Source: Amoebidium appalachense (taxonomy: Eukaryota; Protista; Ichthyosporea). From it: a stretch of 64,000 nucleotides of DNA. The translations under genes were made by a program, and so were the position numbers. This document shows positions 63,793 to 64,000 of this stretch, piece after piece. Where the stretch lies: NCBI GenBank assembly GCA_963693365.1, contig CAVNZM010000015.1, forward strand, positions 5,974,831 to 6,038,830, given 5' to 3'. Every line of letters starts with the position of its first letter. Position 1 is the stretch's first letter. The notes beneath the pieces are model-generated. The model saw only the letters and a program-made list of their open reading frames with translations. It ran no database searches and was not told the DNA's origin.

Positions 63793-64000
63793 ACAAGCTT
63801 AGAATAGAAGAAGAGAGGCGAGGAGAGATAACTAGACCACCCCCAACTATGGTAGATTCTACACCTCCCTACCCTACATGCCTAGACTAGAAGTAGAGGA
63901 GAGGGGGCGAGTAGAAATAACTAGACCACCCCCAACTATGTAGAATCTACACCTCCCTACCCTATGAGCGTAGTAAAGAAGAAGGGAGGAGGGGGCGAGA
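63793..64000. repeat. ~89-bp terminal tandem units, inverted relative to 56810-56878
   Basis: agtagaggagagggggcgagtagaaataactagac (63892-63926) matches the reverse complement of gtctagttatttcatctcgccccctcctctctact (56829-56863). Confidence 0.85.

Overview
Repeat-rich eukaryotic nuclear DNA (CA/TG microsatellites, long C/G homopolymers, GT-AG introns) ending in a ~0.9 kb TTTAGGG/TTAGGG telomere array. The array is joined directly to ~7.2 kb of mitochondrial-type DNA. The nuclear part contains: a Copia LTR retrotransposon (8397-20207, TSD CCCAC) with a nearly intact Ngaro-type tyrosine-recombinase retrotransposon nested in its gag; a TRIM inside a ~184-bp satellite; a multi-exon NRC-2/Kin82-like AGC kinase head-to-head with an unknown membrane-protein gene; several MITEs and relics; and a chromodomain Gypsy element cut inside RNase H and capped by the telomere. 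Beyond the telomere lie a mitochondrial SSU rRNA with a group I intron at about E. coli position 1403, rRNA pseudo-fragments, repeat arrays and terminal inverted repeats. This looks like a whole linear mitochondrial mini-chromosome, an architecture known from the ichthyosporean Amoebidium (organism identity is inference). The most novel-looking signal is a set of TSD-flanked insertions ending in TTAAA(A)GGGTTTAGGGTT-type telomeric tails. Parts of the window look like error-prone long-read consensus, so some frameshifts and the telomere-mtDNA junction may be artefacts.
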